A stretch of 64,000 bases of DNA. Source: the human T2T-CHM13v2.0 reference genome, Homo sapiens. Below the pieces are notes generated by a model, which saw only the letters and a list, made by a program, of their open reading frames with translations, made no database searches and was not told the origin of the DNA. Position 1 is the first letter of the stretch; every line of letters begins with the position of its first letter. The position numbers were made by a program, and so were the translations under genes. The stretch lies in NCBI RefSeq assembly GCF_009914755.1, contig NC_060931.1; one strand, given 5' to 3'. Of the stretch, positions 12,383 through 29,609 are shown one piece after another.

Positions 12383-14889
12383 ATAAAGATAGATATACAT
12401 GAGCACACACACATACACAAACACACACACACACATAAAAATAGAATACTGCAATACTGTAACAAGTGTGTATAAATCACTTAATTCTGGTATGAAAGTT
12501 AATAAATAAAAGTATACAAATAACTATAACTATATAAATATTTTAATGGATGCACAATATAAAAATGAAATTTATGATATTAATAAACTGGCGGGAGTAA
12601 AAAAAGTAGTTTTTGTATGTGATTCATGCTACATTGTTATCAGTTAGCTGGTTATAACTAAAAACTGTTTTATGAAAACTTCATAGTAATCAAAAGGAAA
12701 ATACTTATATCAGATACACAAAAATAAAGAGAAAGGAATCAGAGCATATCACTATAAAAATCAACTAAACCTAATGTGAGACAGCAAAAGAGGAAGACTG
12801 GAACAAGAAAACCTATAAGACACAGAGAGTACAATGAAGAAAATTGCAATATTAAGTCTTTCCCTATCCATAATTACTTTAAATGTAAATAAACAACCTA
12901 ATCAAAGAACGTTAAGTGGTTGAATGGATAAAAAACAAGATCCAGCCACATACCCTCTATAAAAGATTCACTTTTCATTTGAGGACATGCATAGGTTGAA
13001 AATGAAAGAATGTAAAAAAATATTCCGTGCAATTAGTAACCAAAAGAGGGTAGAAATGTCTATACTTACATCAGACAAAATAGACTCTAAGTCAACAACT
13101 GTCACAAGAGACATAAAGAAACATTATATGATAATAAGATGATCAATATACCAGGAATGTATAAAATTATGAATATATTTGCACCCAACATCAGAGCACA
13201 CACACATATAAAGCAAGTATTGGCAGAATTGAAGGAAGAAATAGACAACACAAATTAGAAGATTTTAATACCCTACTTTCAATAATGGATAAAATATCAA
13301 GACCAAAACCCAAAAAAGGAAACAGAAAACTTGAATGACATAATAAATTAAATGGAACTAAAAAGCATATATGGAAAATTCCATTAAACAACTGAAGAAT
13401 GCACATTCTTCTCAAGCATGCATAGAACATTCCCAAGCATAGATCACATATTAGGTCAAAAAACAAGTGTTAACCCATTTAGGAAGATTGAGGTTATACT
13501 GAGTATCTTTTTTGACCACAATAAAATAAAAAAAGAAATCAATAAAGGAAGGAAAACTAAAAAAATCAGAAATATGTGAAAATTAACACAGTACTGAACA
13601 AGCAATACTTCAAAGAAAAAATTTAAAAAAATTAGACAACATCTTGATACAAACGAAAAGAAAAAATATAGCATAAAAATTGATAAAATACAGCAAATGC
13701 AGTACTAAGAGGAAAGTTTACACTGGTAAAACTCTACATGAAAAAGAAAGCATATTATTTAAACCACCTAATTTTATACCTCAAGCAACTCTAAAAAAGG
13801 AACAAGCAAAATCCAAAGTTACGAGTAGGAAGGAAAAAAAAAAGCTATTGTCAAGTTTCTTGATGTTTTCAGAAAACAAAGTTTTATTTCTCTTTATTTT
13901 TAAATCGTTACTCTATTATATATTTCGTTTATTTCTAATCTTTTTTTTTTTTGTAAGGAGATTGAATTGGTAATTAAAAATCTCCTGACAAAGAAAAGCT
14001 TAGGACCATGTCTTCACTGGATATGTCAAGCAAACATTTACAGAAGAATTAATACTAATCCTTCTCAACTTCTTCCAAAACAACTGAAGAGGAAAGAATA
14101 CTTACTCATTTTATGAGGCCACCATTATCCTGATACCAAAGCCTGGCAAAGACATTATAAGAAAATAAAATTGCAGGCTAATACCCCTTATAAATATAGA
14201 TGCAAAAATGTTCAACAAAATATTAGAAACCCATAGTCAATAGCACATTAAAATAGCCATATACCATGATCAAGTGGGACTTATTCTTGGGATGCAAGAA
14301 TGGTTCAACATACAAAAATAAATGTGATACACCAAGGTTAAAAATTACATGATCATCTCAGTAGACACAGAATGAAGCATTGAAAAAAACATTCAACATC
14401 CTTTTATGATAAAAGAAGTCAAACTAAGAATAAAAGGATATAACCTCAACATAAAAAGGCCATATATCAGAAAGCAACACCTTACACACAAACACACACA
14501 CACACACACACACAGTTAAGATAATAAATGAATTCAGCAATTGCAGCATACAAAATGTATATGCAAAAGCCAGTGTTTATGTAAAATAACAACAAACAAT
14601 CCACAAAGAAAATCTTTTTAAAAGTCTAATTTTTAATAATAACAAAGGAATATAATACTTAGGAACAAACTTAAATGAGAAAGTAAAATACATACCGAAA
14701 ACACTGATGAAAGGAATTAAAGATGCAAGTAAATGGAAATGTAACCTGTGTTTGTGGATTGGAAGACCTAATGTTGTTGAAATATCCATACTAACCAAAA
14801 TAACTAATTATAGATCCTATGCAATACCTATCAAAACGTGGTATATAACATATAATGGAATTTTATTCAGTCTTAAAAAATAAAATCCT

Positions 14890-15216
<327 letters not shown>

Positions 15217-17329
15217 TCATTATACTAGGTGAAATAAACCAGACAGAAGGACAGATAGTGCATGGTTCTGTTAAATGAGATATCCAAAATAGTAAACTCA
15301 TATAAAGTAGAATGATGGTTTCCATTGTCTGCCAAGAAGGAAAATGAGGTGTTATTCTTCAATGGATACAGAGTTTTTGTCACGCAAGATGAAAATGTCT
15401 AAAGATCTGCAGTAAAAAAGTATACATATGGTTGACAATACCATAAAGTATACTTAAAAACTTACTGAGAGGTTAGATTTTATAAGTAATTTACCACAAA
15501 AAAATGGAAGCTTACTTTCTGGATCACTAAGAATGGAGTATTATGGAACTAAAATACAGATGTATATTAGGAAGTACAGAGATAGCAGTGTCTAAGTGTC
15601 CAAAGATACTATTAGCTTTAATAAGTTTCACGAATTTGTCCAATTACAGAGTCCACTAACACAGAGTGGCCCTAGAAAGAGACTGATGGATGAATAATAT
15701 TTCTCACTGAAAATTAAAAACTGCTACTATTTAGGGAAACCAGAGATGGTAATAATGGCACATCAAGAGCATTACATTTATGTATAGATTTTATATTGCA
15801 TCTGTTGCTGTTGTTATTATATATTTTAATGTTATTTCTATTTTTAAGCTCTTCAAGCTGACACTTTCACCTACCTCGTGTATCAACAGAAATTGTTTAA
15901 TTTCCTCACATCTACACTCCTATATGGCTCGTTACATGGATATATACGCTATTTTTATATTTCTCAATGCTGACAAATAAAGATTAAAATGTTTACATCT
16001 AATGATCCTTTAGGTAATTTTTAAATAAAGAATACCTAATTATATCTTAACTTTTCAATCAACTGCAAGGTCTTCCAAATTTTTTAATGTAATACCTTAT
16101 TTGAAAATAAAATTAATTTAAATATTTTGACCTAAATAACTTTTAAAATGTGTAAATTTGTATAAGTAAGCCTATTAAAATTTTCCCACTTTAAGTAAAT
16201 GATTCTTCAGTCAGACTTGGATATTTACAACAATCCTTAATAATTAATGTAGCCAATTTTTATATTGGACTTTATTAATATCCTCAGTAGTTCATTAGCA
16301 AATGTGGAAGAAAAATACTGGGTTTAGGTAAAGGCAGATATCTAACAAACACAGCCAAATATGTAACAAAGATTTTCATAAAGAATGAGCAACTACTTCT
16401 TTGAAATACACATTTTATTTTTCCATTAGCTCTTGTACTAGGGAAGCATGGTATACTGAACTGCATGTATCTATTGCAAAAAGACACAATCTGATATTTT
16501 GTAGGCTTAATTTCTTAGTGACCATTATTTAAAAACCTCAAGGAAAGAAACCATCTGTAAATGTTATCAGTGTGGATTTGATAAAAGGTACCTAAACAAT
16601 ACAAAATTAAAGTGATGTATGTCCACATCAGATGACTCAAATTGTTAGTAAAATATTCAAGATTTTTTAATGCAATCTACAAACAAATTTGAACGCTTTC
16701 TCTACAAAAAATGTCTCTCTCTCCTTCTACCATCTCTCTGTCACTATACCACAATATTAAACTCATAGGTGAGGCAAAATAATTAAATCTGTTACTTCAG
16801 TAATCTTGGATGGTTTATGCTTATGTAACTTCTGATGGATTATCATTGACCATAACCCCTTTGATTTTAATGAATATATCATATACCTTTGCTTAAAAAT
16901 AACTGTAGAATCTTTCCAGTAAGCCTACTTTCAGTGAAAGTAAGACTCACTAAAGTTATAATAAGAAATATGAAATTATTAGATCAATCTATCTGGTCTA
17001 ATATCAGGGAAGCATATATTTAAGATAAATTGGCCAATCATTTCTTCTATAAGGCTTTATCATTTCTTTCAGTTAATTTTTGGGAAAAAAAAATCTATGC
17101 GGTCTTCCATATTGCAAAGTAAAACCACAAACTCATCAAAATAGGGATAGGCAAATTATTTGACAAAATTAGTATCTAACCATAATTAATGTATTAAAAC
17201 ACTGTGTCCAAGGAGAGTTGTGTGTCTTATAGTATTGATTTTAGATTTTAAGGATGTATACTTCGAGTTAATGACAGATTTTTATCTTTTAAAATATTTT
17301 TTCTCATAATTTTTTTTCATGTTTCAATG

Positions 17330-19700
17330 CTAGACATATACAGTCTCATAAAATACAGAAGTATTTTCTCTTTTCTTCTATTTTCTAAAACAAAGTCTAA
17401 GATTGTGATTATTCCTTCCTAACAATTTCTCAAATTTATCAGTAAAAATATGAAGCATTTATATACTTTGCGAAAACTACAAATTCAGTGTAATTGATAC
17501 ACACAGATGTATTCAGGTTTTTAATTTCTTTTAGTATCAGTTTTTATGTTTTGTTTTTTAAGAAATTCATCCATTTTAAATTGTCAAATTTATCAGCATA
17601 AAGTTGTTTATAATATTATCAAGTTATCCTTTTAATTTCTATAGAATCCCTCTTTTATTCCTGAGTTTCATAATTTGTATTATCTCTTTAGTGTCTTGAT
17701 TCACACTTACTAGATGATTATAGATTTTATTGATGTTTTAAGGAATGAAATTTTACTCATTATTTTTTCTATTGTTAGTCTCTTTGTATTGCATTGAGTT
17801 GTGATCTTACATAAATTATTTCCTTCCTATTTTTAGTTTGGATTTAATTTGCTCTTTTTTTTGAAGATTAAAATGTGTATCATTCATTTCAGATCTTTAT
17901 TCTTTTTCAAGTTATAGATTGAAATAAGTAAGTTTCACCCAGTACATTGACTCACTTTACAACTTTTGACATTTTGTAAAATCATTATTATACAGTTCAA
18001 CAGACCTTATAATTTCCTTGTGATTTCTTTTTTAACTCTTCACTTATTTAGAAACATTCTGATTAATTTTAAACATTTGGCATTTTTGGATATTTTATCC
18101 TTCATAATTTCAATTCTACTGTGGTCAGAGAATATGCTTGATGTAATATCAATATTTTAGAATGAACTGAGACTTCTCTTATAGTCATGAATGTGATATA
18201 TTTTCATCATCATTTCTTGTGTACATCAACTAGTATGTGCTCAAGATTTGTAAAACATAGTTTGTTTTCTCTTATATCTAATGCCTTCTTATTTCCTATT
18301 GTTGCTTATAAAATCTTCTCATATCTAATGCCTTATTTCCTATTGTTGCTTATAAAATCTTCTCTATATATGTGACTTTCAGCTGTATGAATACGATGTG
18401 ACTAGGTGTGGGTCTTTTGTATTTATTCTGCTTATATTTTGTTGACTTCTTGGATTTGTATGTTAATTTTTTCTGTAAGATCTATAATAATGAATCTAAA
18501 ATGCAGCAATCATTATTTCTTCAAATATTTTTTCTCATAACATCTCTAATTTCTTTTACTTTGGGACTCCAGTTACTGGTATGTTGGGCTACTTTTTATT
18601 GTCTCATAAGACATTAAGGTTCTTTTCACTTTTTTTATAATATTTTCCCACCTATTCTTCAACATGATTAACTTAACTTGTGCTACTAATCTTTACCTTT
18701 CTTCTGGCATCTCTAATCTTCTAATATTTCCATCAAGTAATATTTTTCTTTATGATGCTGTACATTTTAACCTCTGTAATATCCCGGATTTTTATTTTTC
18801 TTTGTTTTGTTTACGTATGTTCTTTTTTTTTCTTACCCTTTTTTTTTTTTTTTTTTTGGTCCACATGCATATTTTCAATAGCTAGTTTAAAATCCTTGTC
18901 TGCTCATTTCAAATTCTGTGTCATCTGGGTTTCAGCTAAAAACTGTTCCCTTTTGGCTATGGATTACATGCCCTATTTCCTTACATGTTAGCAATTCATT
19001 GTATACTAGATACGGCGACTGGTATGTTGCAGAAAATCTAAATTCTGATATTGGCCCCTAAACAATGTTAGTCTTCATCTACCAGGCAGACAGATTACTG
19101 GGTGGTTATTTTGAATTTGCAAAGCTTTGACTATATGTGTATTAATGACAAAGGTATTAATTTTTGAAGCACCCTACCCACGCCTAAGTTTGGTGGAACT
19201 CCATTTCAAAAATACATCTCTTCTATTTTGGGAAACTGTTTAAATCTTTATTCAGCTCTTTCCAACTCTTCAAGACTGCACTTTTCTGGGGACTTTAGAA
19301 TCTACCTGCTGAAATGTAGTTCAATATTCAGATCAGGAAGAGAGATGAGTGTATATGCAGAATTTGGGGCTTCCCTTTGGGATTTCTCCATCAAAGAATC
19401 TTCTTTCTCAATTAGTAGCTCTTCTGACAACATGATGTCTTCCTCTAATACAACTTGAGACATTTTATTTTTAAGTTTTAGCCATTTCTCACTGCATAGA
19501 CTTCAGTGTTGCCTTTGAGGAAAAGTCAGATAAACATGGATATTATTTATTTCTAAGGTTTAATCTCATACAGTTTATGCCTGTTTTGGTCACCTTCCAG
19601 ATTCTTCATTTTTAGTCTTTTAAAAATTTTGCCTAGAGTTTAAAGTTTTAATCTTCAGGAGTATGAATGTGATAGATGCTACTGTGTCATTACTGGATTC
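17330..19700 (-). mobile_element. Ancient L1 (L1MC/L1ME-like) ORF2/ORF1/5' fragments
   Basis: T-rich antisense L1 motifs such as TTGTCAAATTTATCAGCATAAAGTTGTTTATAATATT and ATTCTACTGTGGTCAGAGAATATGCTTG; boundaries approximate. Confidence 0.65.
18274..18364. repeat. Tandem duplication, 47 + 44 bp
   Basis: ATATCTAATGCC(TTC)TTATTTCCTATTGTTGCTTATAAAATCTTCTC twice, differing only by a 3-bp indel. Confidence 0.95.
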
Positions 19701-21379
19701 AGAACAATCATACAGACTATTTTTAAAAATATGCTTCATTACAAACTATAAAAAATATAGTTTATTAAATATATAATTGATTATTTAATAAATAATTTTA
19801 AATGCCAGATAAATTCTTTATTTTAGAAGAAATTTTATTATTTAGATAATAATCACAAACCCAAAGAATACTTCATAAAAGATAAAACTTTTCCAAAGGC
19901 ATCATATTTATTTAACAAACTTACCAGGTCTTTTAAAAATATATATCCTTTTAGTAAGCAGACTACTTCTAACTGATAAAAGAATATTGATCACAGTTTT
20001 GCACAAACTATTCACTTTGGGTGAAAATAAATTGTAGAAAGTTTCATTTCAAAACACTATGCTGGACTAGAATTTTACATGAATTTGGCACCTTTAGCAA
20101 CTGCTTAATTCTGAAAAAGCAATGTTTTAGAAACGAATTGTACCATTTCGTCTGTATTTTTAAAAATTCTCAAATTATGAAAAGCAAGTATATTCTCAAA
20201 TTCTAAATCTTTAGTAGAAACATTCATGTAGTATTTGATGATTTATTTATTTTGTTTAATTCATAATTCTTAGGTCATTTTCAGGTACTAAAATAGACCT
20301 TCTGGAACAAATATGTAGAAAGGCCAAGAACTCTGAAGGAATATGTGTTTCAGGAACTCCTAATTTTAACATGTGTTATATTTGTATCAAGTTTCATGAG
20401 AACAATATCAGATAGGGACCTCTTTAAAAATCATAAAAACTTTTGGTTAATAAAATGAATCAAGCTAAATGGTGCTTTTTGACCTTTATGCACAATTTGG
20501 AAAACATTAATGCTAGTGGCTGATAACAACTAAATCATTTACGTAATGATATCCATCAGACCTCATGGATATCAAAGGCATTATTCATGTCTATTAATTC
20601 ATGCCTATTGATCAGCTGCTTCGGCTAAGCCCAGCTAATTTCTTTTCCCAGTGCCATTGGTATCATTAGCAATATATTACTCCCATCACTCAAAAGCTTC
20701 ATAGTGAACCTCTGTCAATGTTTGATATGTGTTACTTTCTTGGCATTTATGAAAGGTGCTGTTTTAATTTTTATATATGCAACCTAATTGTTTTTCAACT
20801 GGAAACATTAAGAAAATAAATCTGTCATATAAATGTATGAAGTGACTAATAACTCACAAATATTTTTAAAGAATTAAATAGCGTGATTACACTGAGAATA
20901 ACTTGTGGCTCAGTAAAAGGTTTAACAAAGCTTATACTTCTTCTAGCCGCTGGATTAGGGAAAGTTTCCAAGTCACTGATCCACAACAGAATTAAATTCG
21001 ATCTTCCACAAATGTTAACAGAAAGTGATTGAATGCTACTGCCTTAAATATTCAGCATATTTCTTACAATTCTTTACAACTGATGAATGCAAGCTTCATA
21101 GAGGAAAGAAAAGAAAATTGAATAATGGTGACTTCCATAAACACAATAAAAAAATTAATGAGGGATTCATCTTTTAAAAAGTTGAAAATACATCAAAGTT
21201 GAAATCTTTGAAATTGAATCACAGAATTCTGAAAATATAGTTTATAGATATATGTGGAAGTAACTAATTAAGAACAAGGAACAACTTAATTTCATCACTA
21301 TAAAAGTCATATGAATTTACCACTCCTGCATCAACAGATGCAAAATAAAAGGTTGTAGTAATGATCATAGTACACATTG

Positions 21380-21560
21380 CATACTTACTCTGCTAAACAT
21401 TTACTTGCATTATTTTGTGCAATCTCAAATATTCTATTATACATGTTCTCTTATTATCTAAATATTACAGATTAACAAATGGAAGGTTAGAAAAGTCTAA
21501 GTTCACACAGTTGTTGAAAAAACTGGGACTCAACCCATATTAGTCAGATGTCAGAACCAA
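21380..21560 (-). mobile_element. MIR
   Basis: Degenerate core ATTACAGATTAACAAATGGAAGGTTAG...GTTCACACAG...CTGGGACTCAACCC. Confidence 0.55.
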
Positions 21561-21689
21561 AGAACCCTATATTATTCTAGCTGTCAATCAAATCATACAC
21601 TTTGACCAAGTAATTATAATTCTAACAATATAACTAGAGGAAATGGAGATATTTAAACCTTTGAATCAAATACTTTTAGAAAAAATGCA

Positions 21690-21723
21690 AAAATTTAATA
21701 GTTTTTAAAAACTATTAAATTTT
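21690..21723. repeat. Perfect 34-bp AT-rich palindrome
   Basis: AAAATTTAATAGTTTTT|AAAAACTATTAAATTTT, 17 consecutive pairs with no spacer. Confidence 0.95.
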
Positions 21724-22252
21724 AAAACTGAGTTATTTTAAAACGTAAAATTATAAAAAGTTATAATTTAAAAAATATTTTAAGCAATATTAAAATACAA
21801 ATCTTTGGGCACATTCTTTTCTTGAAGGACACAACTGTTATTATATTATTTACATAAATGTATATTTATATGCAAAAAGTCTTATTAATAATTTCTTTAG
21901 TGTTATAGCATTTATACATTTTCTCACATATTAAAATCGTTAATCTCTTAAAGATGTTTGTTTTTTGCAATATCTCTGAACAGATTTGTAGACACCACCA
22001 CAAAATATTTCATACAATGCAACAAAAGTTTCTTTTATATGCTCAGTTATGGTCAAGAGAAAGTAAGGAAACTTGGAAGGTGGGGTTATTCACAGCATAA
22101 GTCTTTTCGTTTTTAAAGGCCTTTGAGAGTTAAGTCCAGAAAATTCTCAGGTAAACACAAGTGGAAATTAACAACTTAAGAATAAGTGATTGTGAAAAGT
22201 GATAGGATAATAAAAAATATCTTTTAGAAATTAAAGTTATAGACTGGTATAG

Positions 22253-23270
22253 AAGATGGCCGAATAGGAACAGCTCCAGTCTACAGCTCCCAGCATGAGC
22301 GAGGCAGAAGATGGGTGATTTCTGCATTTCCAGCTGAGGTACTGGGTTCATCTCACTGGGGAGTGTCAGAAAGTGGGTGCAGGACAATGGGTGCAGCTCA
22401 TGAGTGTGAGAGGAAGCAGGGTGAGGCATCGCCTCACCCGGGAAACGCAAGGGGTCAGGGAATTCCCTTTCCTAGTCAAAGAAAGGGGTGACAGACAGCA
22501 CTTGGAAAATCGGGTCACTCCCACCCTAACACTGTGCTTTTCCAATGGTCTTAGCAAACGGCACACCAGGAGATTATATCCTGCGCCTGGCTCGGAGGGT
22601 CCTATGCCCATGGAGCCTCGCTCATTGCTAGCACAGCAGTCTGAGATCAAACTGCAAGGTGACAGTGAGGCTAGGGGAGGGGCGCCCGCCATTGCCCAGG
22701 CTTGAGTAGGTAAACAAAGCGGCCAGGAAGCTCAAACTGGGTGGAGCCCACTGCAGCGCAAGGAGGCCTGCCTGCCTGCCTCTGTAGACTCCAGCTCTGG
22801 GGGCAGGGCATAGCCAAACAAAAGGCAGCAGAATCCTCTGCAGACTTAAATGTCCCGTCTGACAGCTTTGAAGAGAGTAGTGGTTCTCCCAGCACGCAGC
22901 TGGAGATCTGAGAACGGACAGACTGCCTCCTCAAGTGGGTCCCTGACCCCCGAGTAGCCGAACTGGGAGGCTCCCCCCAGTAGGAGCAGACTGACACCTC
23001 ACATGGCCGGGTACTCCTCTGAGACAAAACTTCCAGAGGAACAATCAGGCAGCAACATTTGCTGCTCACCAATATCCGCTGTTCTGCAGCCTCCGTTGCT
23101 GATACCGAGGCAAACAGTGTCTGGAGTGGACATCCAGCAAACTCCAACAGACCTGCAGCTGACAGTCCTGACTGTTAGAAGGAAAACTAACAAACAGAAA
23201 GGACATCCACACCAAAACCCCATCTGTACATCACCATCATCAAAGACCAAAGGTAGATAAAACCACAAAG
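22253..23270. promoter_or_regulatory. L1 5'UTR: internal sense promoter, YY1 site and antisense promoter; retains the ~129-bp segment (~23010-23140) lost in younger L1PA
   Basis: AAGATGGCC YY1 motif; residual CpGs; segment CCTCTGAGACAAAACTTCCAGAGG...AGCAAAC present. Confidence 0.75.
22366..22692 (-). CDS. L1 ORF0 homolog, open 108-aa antisense ORF; expression unknown
   Basis: MAGAPPLASLSPCSLISDCCASN...GPSEPGAGYNL matches the primate L1 ORF0 N-terminus; start context GCAATGG. Confidence 0.6.
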   Translation of the reverse strand: MAGAPPLASLSPCSLISDCCASNERGSMGIGPSEPGAGYNLLVCRLLRPLEKHSVRVGVTRFSKCCLSPLSLTRKGNSLTPCVSRVRRCLTLLPLTLMSCTHCPAPTF

Positions 23271-24286
23271 ATGGGGAAAAAACAGAGCAGAAAAACTGGA
23301 AACTCTAAAAAGCAGAGTGCCTCTCCTCTTCCAAAGGAACGCAGTTCCTCACCAGCAACAGAACAAAGCAGGACGGAGAATGACTTTGTCGAGTTGAGAG
23401 AAGAAGGCTTCAGACGATCAAACTACTCCGAGCTAAAGGAGGAAGTTCGAACCCATGGCAAAGAAGTTAAAAACCTTGAAAAAAATTAGACAAATGGCTA
23501 ACTGAAATAATCAATGCAGAGAAGTCCTTAAAGGACCTAATGGAGCTGAAAACCATGGCACGAGAACTACCTGACAAATGCACAAGCCTCAGTAGCCGAT
23601 TTGATCAACTGGAAGAAAGGGTATCAGTGATGGAAGATGAAATGAATGAAATGGAGTGAGAAGAGAAGTTTAGAGAAAAAAGAATAAAAGGAAATGAACA
23701 AAGCCTCCAAGAAATATGGAACTATGTGAAAAGACCAAATCTACATCTGATTGGTGTACCTGAAAGTGACAGGGAGAATGGAACCAAGTTGGAAAACACT
23801 CTGCAGGATATTATGCAGGAGAACTTCCCCAATCTAGCAAGGCAGGCCAACATTCAAATTCAGGAAATACAGAGAACGCCACAAAGATACTCCTCGAGAA
23901 GAGCAACTCCAAAACACATAATTGTCAGATTCACCAAAGTTGAAATGAAGGAAAAAACGTTAAGGGCAGCCAGAGAGAAAGGTCGGGTTACCCACAAAAG
24001 GAAGCCCATCAGACTAACAGCGGATCTCTCAGCAGAAACTCTAAAAGCCAGAAGAGAGTGGGGGCCAATATTCAACATTCTTAAAGAAAAGAATTTTCAA
24101 CCCAGAATTTCATATCCAGCCAAACTAAGCTTCATAAGTGAAGGAGAAATAAAATCCTTTACAGACAAGCAAATGCTGAGAGATTGTGTCACCAGCAGGC
24201 CTGCCCTAAAAGAGCTCCTGAAGGAAGCACTAAACATGGAAAGGAACAACTGGTACCAGCCACTGCAAAAACATGCCAAATTGTAA
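23271..24286 (+). pseudogene. L1 ORF1p, disrupted
   Basis: MGKKQSRKTGNSK start; frameshift in A run near 23480 and later stop; C-terminal 186 aa open, ending ...YQPLQKHAKL. Confidence 0.95.
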
Positions 24287-24349
24287 AGACCATCGAGACT
24301 AGGAAGAAACTGCATCAACTAACAAGCAAAATAACCAGCTAACAACATA

Positions 24350-28168
<3,819 letters not shown>

Positions 28169-28489
28169 ACAATGAGAATACATGAACACAGGAAGGGGAA
28201 CATCACACACGGAGGCCTGTTGTGGGGTGGGGGGAGAGGGCAGGGATAGCATTAGGAGATATACTTAATGTTAAATGACGAGTTAATGGGTGCAGTACAC
28301 CAAATTGGCACATGTATACATATGTAACAAACCTGCACGTTGTGCACATGTACCCTAAAACTTAAAGTATAATAAAAAAAGAACACTGATATAATTTAAA
28401 AAAAAAAGAAATTAAAGTTATAATTCCTAAAATTTAAAGAATACTAACAGATGAAGATAATTTAACAGATAATGAATCAGAGCATTTTC

Positions 28490-28900
28490 TTCTGTTGGTC
28501 CTGTCAAACATATGGCGAGATAAACGCGTTTTCCTACAAGAAGTTTATTGAGGAGTAATCTCATGATCAACTCCTGTAAGAAACAAGGAGAACATAAAAA
28601 ATTAAAGGAGGAGATTTCAGTGCAATGTAGTTCAAACTTTGGCCTTACAGGATCTTATACGTTATGAAGTTTGGATGAAATGGCCCTCAAAGAAGCACCT
28701 AATGGAGACAAGGTGCCCAGACTTATCAAATTAATAGGTCATTTGACATGGTCTATCCCAGGTGGTATAACCTTTTAGAAGGTAGCTTCCTTTGACAGAG
28801 AGTAACTCTGGAAGAAGCACTCAGCTATAAACCATCAGTGGGCAACACTCCCAGCAGCTGGTGAAAAGTATGTTTCATTGCACAAGCCACTATTGGCACT
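28490..28900 (-). mobile_element. Ancient ERVL LTR (LTR33-like)
   Basis: AAGTTTATTGAGGAG..., GGTATAACCTT...GCACTCAGCTATAAACCATCAG...CAACACTCCCAGCAGCTGG. Confidence 0.55.
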
Positions 28901-28995
28901 ATTTTCCACTTCTCAGTTTATCCCAAGAAGGGAGATAGGACAAGCTTGGGACAATCATTTAGTTCTCAATTCTTTAGTTTTAAATGTATACACAA

Positions 28996-29058
28996 AGATA
29001 GATAGATAGATAGATAGACAGATAGATAGATAGATAGATATAGATAGACAGATAGACA
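28996..29058 (+). repeat. (GATA)n/(GACA) compound tetranucleotide microsatellite
   Basis: About 15 units seen directly. Confidence 0.95.
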
Positions 29059-29609
29059 GGTATGAAAGCAAAATACATATACACACAAACACATACACAA
29101 CCTATATGCATATACTGTATATAACTATATATGTATGCATGCATGTATATTAATTAGGTGGTAGCTACTAACTGGCACATAAATTTCTCTTTGAAGAAAT
29201 AATTAAGGGAAATAATTCCCTCAGCAAGTGCAATTCTTCTTGGTAAAGAAGATTCTAAAGTACTAACTTTCAGACTTACTTTTCTGTCACATAGAAAGGC
29301 AAGTTGACTCATTGTTTTATTTTAGTTTAGTTTAATGCTTGAAGGTTTGTAAGTTCAAAATTCATTCACAGCATAAGTCTTTTCCTTTTCAAAGGCCTTT
29401 GAGAATAAGTCCAGAAAATTCTCTTCTTCCAAACAAAAATTTCTAGAATCTACTCAGTTGACATGCCTTTAGGTCTAGTAATTTAGAGTGTGAAAAGTAG
29501 AAGAAAGATCTCTGGCTAAACTAACTTTGAAGCAAGAAGAAGTGTAGATATAAAAAGATTTATTATTCCAATAGACATGTAAGTTCTTAAAGGTAAAAAT
29601 GTTAAAAAT

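Noticed and set aside
7866-12387. 5-bp TSD around the MST block (GTAGG vs ATAAA)
   Set aside because: Only 2 of 5 positions match, so it cannot be claimed. Single insertion is inferred from host L1 colinearity instead.
22119-22150. 32-nt mini-exon (TTTTTAAAG ... CAG|GTAAAC) in the duplicated 60-mer
   Set aside because: Weak AAG acceptor, not frame-preserving, and such site pairs are common by chance.
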